Below are positions 1 to 13,353 of a stretch of 64,000 bases of DNA, one piece after another. The translations under genes were made by a program, and so were the position numbers. Origin of the DNA: Octopus vulgaris (taxonomy: Eukaryota); the NCBI GenBank assembly GCA_951406725.2, contig OX597831.1:46624001-46688000 (forward strand). The letters run 5' to 3'. The notes under the pieces were generated by a model. The model saw nothing but the letters and a program-made list of their open reading frames with translations. It was not told where the DNA came from and searched no databases. How positions within the stretch are numbered: the first letter of the stretch is position 1; every line of letters begins with the position of its first letter.

Positions 1-84
1 TAAGAGAAAGAGCCGGTTTCTAATCTAGATCTGAAGTTCCTTCATTGGAATTTCAACATCAACAACAGGGTATTTTATTTTATT

Positions 85-503
85 TTATTTCTTTACTGCC
101 AACAAGGGGCTACACACAGAGAGGAAAAACAAGGACAGACAAACGGATTAAGTCGATTATATCGACTCCAGTACATAACTGGTACTTTATTTAATCGACC
201 CCGAAAGGATGAAAGGCAAAGTCGACCTCGGTGGAATTTGAACTCAGAACGTAGTGGCAGACGAAATACCTATTTCTTTACTACCCACAAGGGGCTAAAC
301 ACAGAGCGGACAAACAAGGACAGACAAACGGATTAAGTCGATTACATAGCCCCCAGTGCATAACTGGTACTTACTTAATCGACCCCGAAAGGATGAAAGG
401 CAAAGTCGACCTCGGTGGAATTTGAACTCAGAATGTAGCGGCAGACGAAATACCGCTAAGCATTTCGCCCGGCACTCTAACGTTTCTGCCAGCTCGCCGC
501 CTT
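85..503 (-). mobile_element. SINE family 1 (tRNA-like head, B-box GTTCAAATTCC, central GCCTTTCATCCTTTCGGGGTCGAT domain), partially tandem-duplicated
   Basis: Reverse complement matches the copies at 30170-30755 and 45841-46070; the internal segment is repeated twice. Confidence 0.85.
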
Positions 504-544
504 ACAACATACATTCATGCAAAAATACAACGTAGTATTTTTTT

Positions 545-861
545 ATGAATGTATGTATATGTGCAGATGTGTATATTTTGTTTTCTATATGTATTCTCAT
601 GCATATACTTGCATATTTAGACAAGCTCATATATACTTAAATGATAACCTTCAGGAAAGTTTTACGGATTTTTATATTTCCAGAGATAGATTAGATCTGT
701 AGTTTTGAATCAGCTTTCTCCTTTCTGGTTTTCAGAAACCTAATTTTTCAAGATTGGTATTTAGGCAGTGTGTTACATATCCCAGGCACCCAATTATTAC
801 AGGTATAAACCTGAACTTGTAATCTGAACAGAGTAACTGCAGATTTCTCAATAGTTTAGCG
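545..861 (-). mobile_element. 3' fragment of RLE (R4-like) non-LTR retrotransposon, (CATA)n-associated family
   Basis: YAKLLRNLQLLCSDYKFRFIPVIIGCLGYVTHCLNTNLEKLGF is nearly identical to the C-terminus of ORF 37053-37712. Confidence 0.8.
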
Positions 862-937
862 TATGTATGTATGTATGTATGTATGTATGTATGTATGTAT
901 GTATGTATGTATGTATGTATGTATGTATGCGTGTTTG

Positions 938-974
<37 letters not shown>

Positions 975-3268
975 AGGTGTGTATGTATATGTGAATGTAT
1001 TTCTTGTGTTCATTCGGATGTTCTCTGTACTCCGATGTGTTTTCAATTTAGTTTGCCATACATGTCACCAGCAATCACATACACGACACATTACTACCAT
1101 AAAACCTTTCTCCATCAGCATAACACTAACGACAACAGTAGCAACAACAGCAATAACAACAGCTTTGATAGCAACAGCAATAATGTTATGACCATCAACA
1201 CAAACATTGCTAAAGATGTCATCGCTAATACTAACACCAGTCTACTAGCACCACAAACACGATCTTAGCCTGCACCCTTTACGTGCTAGAGATAGCAAGC
1301 AAATCTCTCTAAAATCACACCCAATTGTTTTACAAAAGGATAACATAGATAAAAAAAATATGCACTAGTCCTACATATCCTTAAAAACATGGTGATCAAG
1401 ACTGGAATATAGTTTATTAAAGCTCTGCGAGATCAAATTGGATTTGGAGCTAAATAACGATGCCAAGAACATCATCAATAGCATGGATAATGTAAGCACC
1501 GGACAACCACCAACGCTGCCAACATCATAAACACCACCAACATCACCAACACCCTCAATGTATATGTCTTCACCAGTATTGTTTACACTTTTGTATTACT
1601 AATGCCATCATTACGTAATGTGTCTTTCATTGACTCTTTGGTTTAGTGATATTATTGGTAAAACAAAGCCAACCAACCAATGACGGCTAATCTGTTGAGG
1701 ACAGATAACTTGTTATTATGGAAATTGTCCTAATACTATACCCGCCCCACGACTTTCTTGAAAAACAACACATTGGATAGTATAGTCTGAGGCACACAAT
1801 TCCAGAACGAGAAGAGGGAGGGAATGGGAAAGAGGGGATGAGGAGACAGTTTAGAAGATAAAATATGATAGAAAACGTCAGATAATTGATGACAGATGGA
1901 GAAGACATAAAGCAGATGATAGCTAAAGAGAGAAGATATATGACACACACACACGCAGAGGCACACATACACAGAAGCACACACACACATATAGAAGGAC
2001 GCACACATTGATGCACACACATACACACACAGAAGCACACACACATGCACACACACGGGACACACACATACATACGGACACATACAGAGAGGCACAAACG
2101 CGCGTGCGAAAATAGCAGAGACAGGTGACAAAAAAGAAAAGTTAGACAAGGAAATAACAGAAGTGATTAAAAAAAAAATAGAAGACATATGTCAGAAGAC
2201 AAGAGACAGACGAAGGGAGATGACAGAAGACAAAAGACAGACAAAGAGAAATGACAAAAGATAAAGCATAAAGAGAAAGGATAGAAGACAGTATTAAGAA
2301 AAAAAAATACAGAAGATGGTAGAAGACAAAAGGCAAATTAAAACAGATAACAGTAGACAGATTACAGACGAAAAAAGAAGACAGAAGGCGGACGACATAA
2401 GTCAGATGACAGAAGACAGATTGCAGAAGACAGAAAACAGTTGGCAAAAGAGAGAAAATAGAAAACAGATTGATTAAAAAAAATAACAGAAGAGATAAGA
2501 CAAAAAAAAAATGGCTGAAAGTAAAAGGCAAAAGTGAAAACAAGATGAAGCAGAGAAGTTTTCTATTTATAGAATGAGGATTCGTTGAGCGGAAGGATTA
2601 TGAATTTGTTTTCCTGGGGGTTATTGTCTTTCAGACACCGTTGGAGTAACTTGTTTTCATCCATCAACAAATTCTCTAAGAAGATAACGTTAGACTATGC
2701 AGAAAGGCCAATGACATGATAATTTCACGAGTGTAGACGTCTTTAACAATATTTGCATGATGATGATGATGATGATGATGAGGAGGAGGAGGAGAAGGAG
2801 GAGGAAGAGTGAACTAAAATGACAGCGATGGTGAAGAAAACGGCGCCGACGACGGAGACGACGAGGGCAACGACGACGATGGTGGCGATGACGACGAAGT
2901 CAACGATGGTGACGTTGCTGACGATTGATGGCGATGGCGATGACGAGGAGGTGAACTAATAAGAGGAAAAGGAAGACCATGGAAAGGAAGCTGTTAGTAC
3001 ACAATACGCGCTCATTTCGCATTCCATCCGGTCGACAGCGCAGTTGATAAACGAAAGATAGATGTAAAAGTTGTAATTTGAGGGAGATTTTGCTGCTCTT
3101 TTGAGTAAGGCGTGCGAGTCAATAGCAGCTCTAACCAGTAATATACTGTGAAGATGTTCATCGACAATACCATCTGCATAAAAAAACCCCAAAAGCTGTG
3201 TACGTGGATGAATGTTATATATATATATATAAATATGTATATATATGTGTATATATGTATATACATAC

Positions 3269-3299
<31 letters not shown>

Positions 3300-3307
3300 A
3301 AAATAAA

Positions 3308-3369
<62 letters not shown>

Positions 3370-3396
3370 AGAGAGAGAGAGAGAGAGAGAGAGATA

Positions 3397-3502
<106 letters not shown>

Positions 3503-4098
3503 TGATAGACACACACAGACACATAAATAATTGTGTTGTAATATAAGACTACCCATTGGAGCGAATCGTTGGAGGTTAAACATCAGAACGCTGTTAGATT
3601 TTCTCATTATATAGTAGCTTTTAAAGATACTAGAATGACCATATTTAGAACGTATTAAAAATATGTCCATTGTAATATCTGTAAAGCGTAAAAAGTCTAC
3701 CAAAATGGCAATAACCAGCTACTAAATAATGAGAAAACTTACTAATTCTCGTAGAGTTTTAATGTTTCACCTACCATGATACGTTCCGACGAGCAGTCTG
3801 TTCATTATCTTACCGCAGAATCTTATTTATACGTATATATTGGTATTTATTTGGATATTTACTTATATGTATGCTGGGCGATCTACTGACAATGATGTAA
3901 TCAGACACGGATTCCGAAAAAAGCTGGCAACAAATGTAATGAATATCTCTTCACTTCTTTTATTTCTCTTCTTTTAGTTAATTTAAATGCAATATCCGCC
4001 CTTGAGATTCTTTGGATTTTCAGAATGCCCACGCAAAAAAAAACATTGCTTTTCTTGATAGCTGTGCTCCAATTGAGCTTTGTTTGATTCTTCGCATC

Positions 4099-4169
<71 letters not shown>

Positions 4170-4380
4170 GTACATGCATGCATACATACACACACACGCA
4201 CACACATATATGTATATATATATATATATATATATAAGTCAGTAAATGGTGGGGTTGTGTTAACCGCACATGGAGAGATGATAGGAGAGGAAAAATTATA
4301 ATAAGGCAGAATGCTAAACTGAAAATAAATTTAAATAAAAATGGGTGTATGGAAAATTAAAAAAAGAAGAAAAAATAATA

Positions 4381-4421
4381 AATCAACCCGGTTTTTATTG
4401 CAAGGCAAATTTTCAAGATTT
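4381..4421 (-). ncRNA. Degenerate minimal hammerhead-like motif
   Basis: Minus strand reads aaatc-TTGAAAA-tttgc ctt gcaat-AAAAA-ccgg-GTT-gatt; GAAA is mutated to AAAA. Confidence 0.35.
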
Positions 4422-5371
4422 GGATGGGGAAAAGAAATTTTTTTTTAAATTGAGGAAGGGGAAAAAAGAAATTTCACAATGTTTTTTTTTCGAAAAAATA
4501 ATAATACATATGTACAAAAATTAATAAATAAGTAAACAAATACATTGTAGAATCTTTATGCTTTTAGAGTTCAATAATAGTCCTTGGAAAAACTTCTTTG
4601 GGGGATTAGGATGCATGTGCTTAAATGTAGTGTTTAGTTTAAAAGGGTTGGGTTCATGTGTGTCAAAACAAGAAATGGGGTAGGAGTTATCCAGTCCCTG
4701 TGAGTAAGGGGAGACAATTCTGTGGATTTTATGCTCTTTAATTGGAATGATAGATTTTTTTGTCAAACAGGATGCTTATATCAATTTTCCATTAAGTTAT
4801 ATTATATCAGTTTTCCATTAGGTAGATGCGGAAAATTCGAAAAGATACCCAGATGATTGTTTCACCATTTGACAAAATTCCGTGCAGCACGGAATTTTGT
4901 CTCAAAACCACGAAAATATTTTGACAAATTAAATTCAAATGTTGAAGTGAATCTAACGGATTTTGTGTGTTTCTTAAATGGCTTATAAACACCTTCCACG
5001 CTATAATAGATATTGTTTTTCACGAGAACATACTGAACATTTTTTGGGGGGCACGTTACACTCACGCACAGGCACACACATTACGTACACACGAATATAT
5101 ACATATATATATACTTGGAAAAGGAATCGTGGCGTTCGATCATATAATAATATAAATAATATATAAATATATGCATATATACATACATGGCCTGCTCGCT
5201 TAGCCAGCGGGGTGGCGTCATTCGAAGGCTAAAACAATGCGAACGCATTGTGACCAGCGATGTGTAACAACATCTGATGGTCTGGTCGGTCACGTGATCA
5301 CGTGATATATACATACATATATGTACATACCTACATATATATGTATATATACATGCACATATGAGTACAGG

Positions 5372-5432
<61 letters not shown>

Positions 5433-5747
5433 CTCTCTCTCTCTCTCTTTCTCTTTCTCTCTCACACATACATGCAGACACTCACGCACGCATACACACA
5501 TACACATGCACACACATATATAGTGAGTGAAAGAGAGAGAGGGGGTATGCATAGGTGTATTTCTTATTCTGCATATCAGCCTGTATATGTTTTTAGTGAG
5601 CTTTAAAAATATATTGTTCCCTGTTGTAGTCTCTTATTGACCTCTTTTTCTCCATCACTTTCTTCTTACAATTTCAATTCATTATTGGAATTCACCGTTC
5701 CTGTGTTTCTCTTTCTATTCGTAATCCACTTCTACTTTCTTAATCTA

Positions 5748-5800
<53 letters not shown>

Positions 5801-6429
5801 ATCTCTGTTCCACATTAATCTCTCGACTTATTAATTAAAAAAACAGACAAAATAATGAACACCAATGATTCTTTCACAAAACAATAGCGTAAGCAAAACT
5901 GCAATACATTTCGGTCATTGATCAAATCAAAAGATACGATTCACTGTCTTTGCATGTCATAACATGACAAACTGAACAAATCCTTGCTAATCGTGTCAAT
6001 CTTAATCCTTTTGGTTCCTCTTTTGTATGAGTTCTTATTTATTTGTTGAAACTCGACGGATTTTTTTTTTATGGAATATATATGTATTACTTTATATAAT
6101 GGTTATTCGTTCAGAGCCGTAGATAGAGTGACTTGGGAACTTACCATCTTCTTTCTCAATTCTACACAAAGCCTGTTTTACTTGATATAATACTAACGAC
6201 TCATGCTATTGCAGTTGGAGTTTCGCAGCGATTAAGTATACCCTATACAGTACCCATTTGTATATGTGTGAGTGCATGCCTACGTTTGAGTATGTGTTCG
6301 TACGCATGCGCAGAACCTGCAACAGAACCTGAAAGACTGCTTTAAGACGCATGGCGTATTTTATAAATATGCCTGTTCAAGTATCATAATAGCATGAAAC
6401 TATTAGTAGCTCTTCGACTGTGTACTTAA

Positions 6430-6499
<70 letters not shown>

Positions 6500-6727
6500 C
6501 TATATTTTTGTAGAGTACAAATTTATTATTCTTTTATAGAAATAGTATTGACAGTGACTTCGAAGTTACGGCCAGTGAAGAAAATCATCAGACTGTCTTT
6601 GGATCTGTTTGCTTGTATGTATGTATGTATGTATGTATGTATGTATGTATGTATGTATGTATGTATGTATGTATGCATGTATGTATGTACGTACGTACGT
6701 ACGTATGTATGTATATATGTATGTATG

Positions 6728-6761
<34 letters not shown>

Positions 6762-7114
6762 TGTATGTATGTATGTATGTATGTATGTATGTATGTATGT
6801 ATGTATGTATGTATGTATGTATATATGTATGTATGTATGTATGGCCTGGGTATCACATTGAGCTGCAACCGATGGTGAGGCTCCAGTTCTGGAGTTCTGG
6901 AGTTGTGAGGAGCGTAGAGTTATTCCTTAATTATCATTACCTCCAAGCCTGTTCTGTCTGAGAAGGTTAGTACCTGTCAGGGTCCCATCCATGAGTTAAA
7001 TAGATTTCCCAAGAGTAGAGGAAGCTCAAGGTATTTTTGACAAAGCCACGGGGAAGGTGGCTCTTCTTATAGAAAGACACTCTGACATAAAACTTGCAGT
7101 CAAAATAATACAAT

Positions 7115-7217
<103 letters not shown>

Positions 7218-7397
7218 ATATATATATATGTGTGTGTATATATATATAGCTTTAATAAAATTTAGATTCAGTTGAATATGGTACTTAAGTTAAAGGCACC
7301 AGAATTTAGTATGGTATTATCCATATAATTCAAAATGGGGTGATTACAATCAAAATAAGCAACAAGGACATCCACTGGATATCCATGTTGCTTATTT

Positions 7398-7434
<37 letters not shown>

Positions 7435-7445
7435 TATATTTATAT

Positions 7446-7985
7446 ATTATTTGTTTCCAAGTAAATTTATTCCATCTCTTTTTTGTCTATCTCCCTTTCG
7501 TGTTCTTCCTTTCTGTTTCCCTCCCACCCTTTCCCTACTGTTCTCCTCTTCCCTTCACTGCTCCCTCTCTCTCTCACTCTTCCTCCTTGACTCTCTCGTT
7601 GCTTCTAAAGACAAGATGTGATTCTACCTGTCTCTCCTCAAAGCTCGTTTTTCCAGCGCTCACCACTTCACATTGTCTTGGCTTAACAACCCTTACCGTT
7701 TGTTTTTACTGTTTTGTTCTCACTGTTCTGTTTTTACTACCACTTTCACCCTCCGTAAAAATTCCCAAATTTTATTTAATTTGCTTTGCAGGAAGAACTG
7801 TTTAAAGAAGTCGCGTCTTGTCGTTACATTCGAACGCGGAATAGATAAAACAGGGGACAACTGATGAAGGGAATGTTCTTTATTTTGCATGTCTCGTTTC
7901 TCATTCTGTCTACGATTTTTTATGTCCTGTACCCATATTTGCATGTATATATACATATATATTTAGGTATGTTCATATATGTATG
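7446..7985 (+). mobile_element. (TA)n-flanked non-coding repeat carrying hammerhead core pieces; same family as 36285-36930
   Basis: Aligns in reverse complement with 36285-36930; contains GGGGACAA-CTGATGA at 7853-7867. Confidence 0.65.
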
Positions 7986-8019
7986 CATACATACATACAT
8001 ACATACATATATATATATA

Positions 8020-8357
8020 CGTCCCCTGCCCAATTCAAGATCACAACATACATGTACACTGCAACATAATTTCTTTTCCTCAACAGGCCCTGCCCTATTT
8101 AACATTGTCCCGAGAGAGATCAAAGAGGAAAAGGATCCCATCAACTTTAAACAGAGTCTGGATAGATTCCTTCAAAGAATACCAGATAAGCCACCCATAA
8201 TTGGATACAACTCACCCAACAAGAACTCACTACTTGAACAAAACTTGATTAAACAAAACTTGACTTAAACAGGATTCGAATAATCCTATCAGGTGGTGCT
8301 ATTAAGTTAGACATGGCCTGGACCAATCTTTGGTCGAAACATATCTAAGTTTATCTA

Positions 8358-8362
<5 letters not shown>
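8020..8362 (+). mobile_element. CR1-clade LINE 3' end
   Basis: FSSTGPALFNIVPREIK...FKQSLDRFLQRIPDKP is a typical CR1/L2 ORF2 C-terminus; followed by a short tandem tail (ATCTAAGTTT)x2; flanked by (TA)n. Confidence 0.75.
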
Positions 8363-8403
<41 letters not shown>

Positions 8404-8546
8404 TTGATTAGAGGTTGTGTTAACTTCATGAAGGAATGGTTTCATCCAAGGAAATACTAGTTCAATACATAGTATTTTGGGAGAATTAATATCTTTAAAA
8501 TGATAGGTGTATATACAAAAACATACAGTTTATATTCGTATGAACG

Positions 8547-8909
8547 AAGAAGAAGAAGAAGAAAAATGGAGATTGCGAAGTTGATAATTATTTATTTTTA
8601 ACACCAATTTAATCATCATCCCTTACAGCTGTTTCAATTAATACTCAGAAAATATTAAGTAAATATTAAATTTATATGATCTGAACGTAATATCCCGTAT
8701 CATTTAGTCAGCTATAATTAATCCATAAACGCATATAAAACAGCCAAGGGTATATTTTCTCCCTCTGAAGATATTATGCCCAGGTCATATAAATTTAATA
8801 TTTACTTAAATTAACTGAGTTTTGATTGAAACAGCTACAAGGGATGATGATTAATTTACTGTTAATGATAAACAATATTAACTTCCCAATCTCCATTTTA
8901 CTTTTTCTT

Positions 8910-8912
<3 letters not shown>
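8547..8912. mobile_element. Fold-back PLE-type terminal-repeat fragment with hammerhead motif
   Basis: Inverted repeat of ~8547-8693 versus ~8771-8912. Plus strand: ccct-CTGAAGA (8765)...GAAA-cagcta-ca-aggga. The minus arm retains the intact GAAA-CAGCTG-TA-AGGGA (8619-8635). Confidence 0.65.
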
Positions 8913-8961
<49 letters not shown>

Positions 8962-9239
8962 ATTTGATTTGAAAACCCGACTGGAATGGGAGAAAGCGCT
9001 AATAATCCGAATGATATGATCTGAATGATATGATACATATATGTAAAAAATGTAATATATAAATAAATATCTATAAATATGAACCATCCGATCTGATTAC
9101 CTCATTTCTTCTAATATATATATATATATATACATACATACATACAATCATCTATAATCTATCTATCTATCTGTCAGTCAGTCAGACAGTGTATCTAATG
9201 TACCAATATTTATCAACTATGTATGTATTATGTTTCTCT

Positions 9240-9275
<36 letters not shown>

Positions 9276-9466
9276 ATATATATATATATACATATATATA
9301 TACATATATATATACATACATAGTTGATAGATAGACTGATAAATTGATAGATACGTGCATAGATAGATGGATGAATAGATAGAGAAATAGATGATTATAT
9401 GAGTATATATAGACAAATATATACATGTACACGCATATATTTATTGATATATACATATAACCATGT

Positions 9467-9511
<45 letters not shown>

Positions 9512-10184
9512 AATATATGTACGTACGTATATTGCTTTGTGGTGCAATTTAAAATACATTATGTAACGAGCCAAGACATTTTAATCAATTAACATCATAA
9601 CTACTCTGAAGAATGGAACAATTATCTTAATAACCAATTATGGTCAAGAATGATACAAGACACAACCTCAGAGTTTTGATTACGTAAAATTAATTAGATA
9701 ACCGAAGCATTTATTAGTGAGTCTGATCTATGACACCATAGCCCCAATACTAAAACTCACTCATCCTACTACATTGTTTAATTAATTTTAATCTAATTAA
9801 ATTATGGTGTATTTCTCCTCTCGATGTTTCTTGGGTAGATTTAGTTAGTAAAATTATGATACATTGTTTCTATTATAGGTGACTTTAAGTAATAAGAAGA
9901 TTCCCGTTTCACTCTTGAGGGTGGTGGGGTTGACTGATATTTCTATTGTCGCAGTTTTATTTAAAACTTACCAATAGCATTCTGACCATTCAAAGGCTCT
10001 AAACATATTAGTGTCTACTTGACAATACATTTTCATGCAGCAGATGCCCCTGGGTTTTATTTCTCTTATGTCAATCATATATACACATACACACAAATAC
10101 ACATAGAAATACGCACGCACGCACTCACGCACGCACGCACGCTTGCACACACACACACGCACACACACTCTCACCTATTATTAT

Positions 10185-10860
10185 TAGGGACTCTTGTTTG
10201 TCCCTCCTAAAGGTTACTATATCCGGCCTTTGGTGCCCTGTCTGTCTGGAAATCGAAGTCCAAGAGGAATTTTGCCTTCCCCTTTTCGTCCATTATCTTC
10301 TCCAGTGTAAGTTGGTACCAAGCACCCGTAACCTCATATCCATACTTACGGCATAGTAGCCAGTGGAGGTTTTGGGCCGCCTTGTTATGTCTACGCTTGT
10401 ACACTATCTACGCATGATTTTCACAAGCTAACAATGTGAGTCACTCTTTTGAACCCTCTTCCCACACATTCCATAGAGGTGCTTGCACTTGTTTGGTATA
10501 TATTCTTTTTCACTGAGTTGGTATTCAATGCCTGGACCTGGGCAGCGATGATTAGGTTTTTAGTATTCTTTTTTATGTCACCCTTGTTGAGCCAACTCCA
10601 GGATGCTCCCTGGTCTTTTAATTTGTTGGTTTTACGGTGGAACTGACCATGTAATTCCGTACGGAGTAGGGCTTCTTCTCTCTCGTTGGCTGTTCTTGAT
10701 CGAAATTCATGAGCATACTCAAGTCCATTTTTGTTGAATCCTTCTGCACTAGTAGTATAATGTAGCAGTTCTCGTTTGCTGTTCACCAAATATTCTGCCA
10801 CATTTCTTCTTTCAATGTTGTTGAACTCCCGTGCGCTAATCAGTCCACGTCCACCTTTAC
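10185..10860 (-). mobile_element. R4/Dong-like LINE fragment (post-RT region to RLE start), frameshifted
   Basis: GRGL, AAQVQALNTNSVKK, RHNKAAQNLHWLLCRKY and DFDFQTDR motifs; abuts (TAA)n. Confidence 0.75.
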
Positions 10861-10865
10861 ATATC

Positions 10866-10942
<77 letters not shown>

Positions 10943-10946
<4 letters not shown>

Positions 10947-11712
10947 TAGTTTTATTTTTATAGCGTGCTTTCACTTCACTACCGAGCACAGCTCTGTGTG
11001 CCTTGGGTATGTGCTGTGATTTGTTGTGATGCTCTGATGGTTATTGTATGGAAAGTGTTCTGCGTAGGATGTGTGCAGTGCCTAGTAGTGCAATTTTCTG
11101 TATGTTATATGTGTTTGTAAGTCCTGGTGTTTTTGTTATGTATTTGTCTGAATATTTTTTATCATGCCTAATGCACCTACTATGATAGGAATTGTTTCTG
11201 TTTTCAGATTCCACATTCTAGTTACCTCTATTTCCAGGTCTTTGTATTTTGAGAGTTTCTCCATTTCTTTTAGAGACACGTTGTCATCAGCCGGTATTGA
11301 TACAACAATTAGAAAGCATTTTTTTCTTCATGATCTCTGACAACTATATCTGGTCTGTTGGCCTTAATTTCTCTATCTGTGTGTATCGGCATATCCCAGA
11401 GTATGGTTGCTTTCTCGTTTTCTGTGACCTTTTCTGGTGTGTGCCTATACCATCTTTTTTCTGTTGTTATTCCATAATGTTGGCATAGCTTCCAATGTAT
11501 GTAGGTTCCAACTCTGTCATGTCTGTGAATATATTCCTTCTTAGCCAGGACTGGGCAGCTAGAGATAATATAATTTATTGTTTCTTGTCCATCTCCACAT
11601 ATTCGGCAGTTACTTGTTATATTTCTTTTTATTACATGTTTTTGGTAATTTCTGGTGGGGAGGCTTTGGTCTTGTGCTGCAATTAAAAATCCCTCTGTTT
11701 CTGCTTTGAGTC
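10943..11712 (-). mobile_element. R4/Dong-like LINE 3' end (Zn-knuckle region plus RLE endonuclease), 5'-truncated
   Basis: LKAETEGFLIAAQDQSLPTRNY, CRICGDGQETINYIISSC and LWDMPIHTDREIKANRPDIVV motifs; (TAA)n on both sides. Confidence 0.88.
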
Positions 11713-11788
<76 letters not shown>

Positions 11789-11791
11789 TTT

Positions 11792-11910
<119 letters not shown>

Positions 11911-12668
11911 ATAAAAGGATTCGTGACAGTTTGTCAAACGGATGATTATTTCCAATGGTTTTCCGAATTAAGTTCGGAAATTCAATTAAATATTTAAAAT
12001 CCTGCTGCATTTTCCAGACAGTTCTTCCTTTTCAATTTATCTGTTTACCTTTCTCCCAGCTCTCTGTTCAATCTATCACTGCTTTCGTTATAGACGTCGA
12101 AAAATTTCGCCACCTTAGAATTATAACATTCTTTTCTTGAGTGAATTCATCGTACATGTGATTAAACAAAGTTTTTCCTTCTTTCTTTTTCGCAAGACAT
12201 AAACCGCAGCATACCGAAGATTTGAGTGGTATATATTTATCTATAGCTTCACACATTGATATACTGACTAGTCACTCGATCTACTGTAAGTAGGAGCAAA
12301 AATCTGTTTCAAATCTCACTCTACCGTCTTAAGAAAGACTCTTAAATGTAACCTTGATTTTCTGAAAATAAAAAAAGACAATTTTATGATTGCTGGAAGG
12401 CCATTGACGTTAGATCTGCTCGACTACACTTAAGCTGAGGTTAAACAACAGCAAAAAAAAAAGCGCTCTCCTATTCACAGATGACCCTATCATTTCATTC
12501 TTCTTTTTCTGACGCTACTAAAACTGCCCATGTTTCTCTTGACCTCTATTCAAATTAGGTAGTTGAACATCACGTCTGCCTAAGAAAATATGGAACAGTT
12601 GTCACTACCCACTCCTCAACTCTACTGCACTTCAACTCCCCATGCGTTTCACCAGTTACTAGTCAACA

Positions 12669-12885
12669 TTGGCGACAAACTGGCAGAAACGTAAGCACAC
12701 CGGACAAAATGCTTGACAATATTTTGTCTGTTTTTATGTTCTAAGTTCAAATTCCGCCGAGGTCGACTTTACCTTTTCATCCTTTCGAAGTCGGTAAAAT
12801 AAATACCAGTTGAACACTGGAGTCAATGCAATCGACTTACTCCTACCCCAAAATTGTTGGTTTTGTGCCAAAGATTGAAACCAAT
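12669..12885 (+). mobile_element. SINE family 1, diverged
   Basis: GTTCAAATTCCGCCGAGGTCGACTTT...CATCCTTTCG matches the other copies. Confidence 0.75.
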
Positions 12886-13121
12886 ATTATTCTCACCCGC
12901 TTTTTTTCCAGCTGGCTTGGTCTTACGATGTTCAAGCGGAACTGAAACTTCATTTAACGCACTAGTCTCCGTGGTCTTGCTCATGTTAAGGGCACATGCT
13001 TCCCTAATAGAGAAACTTTAAACGATATTTAAGTTTGTGTTATATACATACATACATACATATATACATACACACACACAGACTTTAACGCACGCGCACA
13101 CACACACACACACACAATCAT

Positions 13122-13353
13122 ACCTATTTCTTTATTACCCACAAGGGGCTAAACACAGAGGGGACAAACAAGGACAGACATAGGTACTAAGTCGATTACA
13201 TCAACCCCAGTGCGTAACTAGTACTTAATTTATCGACCGCGAAAGGATGAAAGGCAAAGTCGACCTCGGCGGAATTTGAACTCACAACGTAACGGCAGTC
13301 GAAATACCGCTAAGCATTTCGCCCGGCGTGCTAACGTTTCTGCCAGCTCGCCG
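13122..13353 (-). mobile_element. SINE family 1, near full length
   Basis: Nearly identical to 46806-47040. Confidence 0.85.

Noticed and set aside
12068-12256. CCGLCLAKK as a PLE C-terminal motif
   Set aside because: Only a short match with no supporting downstream motif or HHR.
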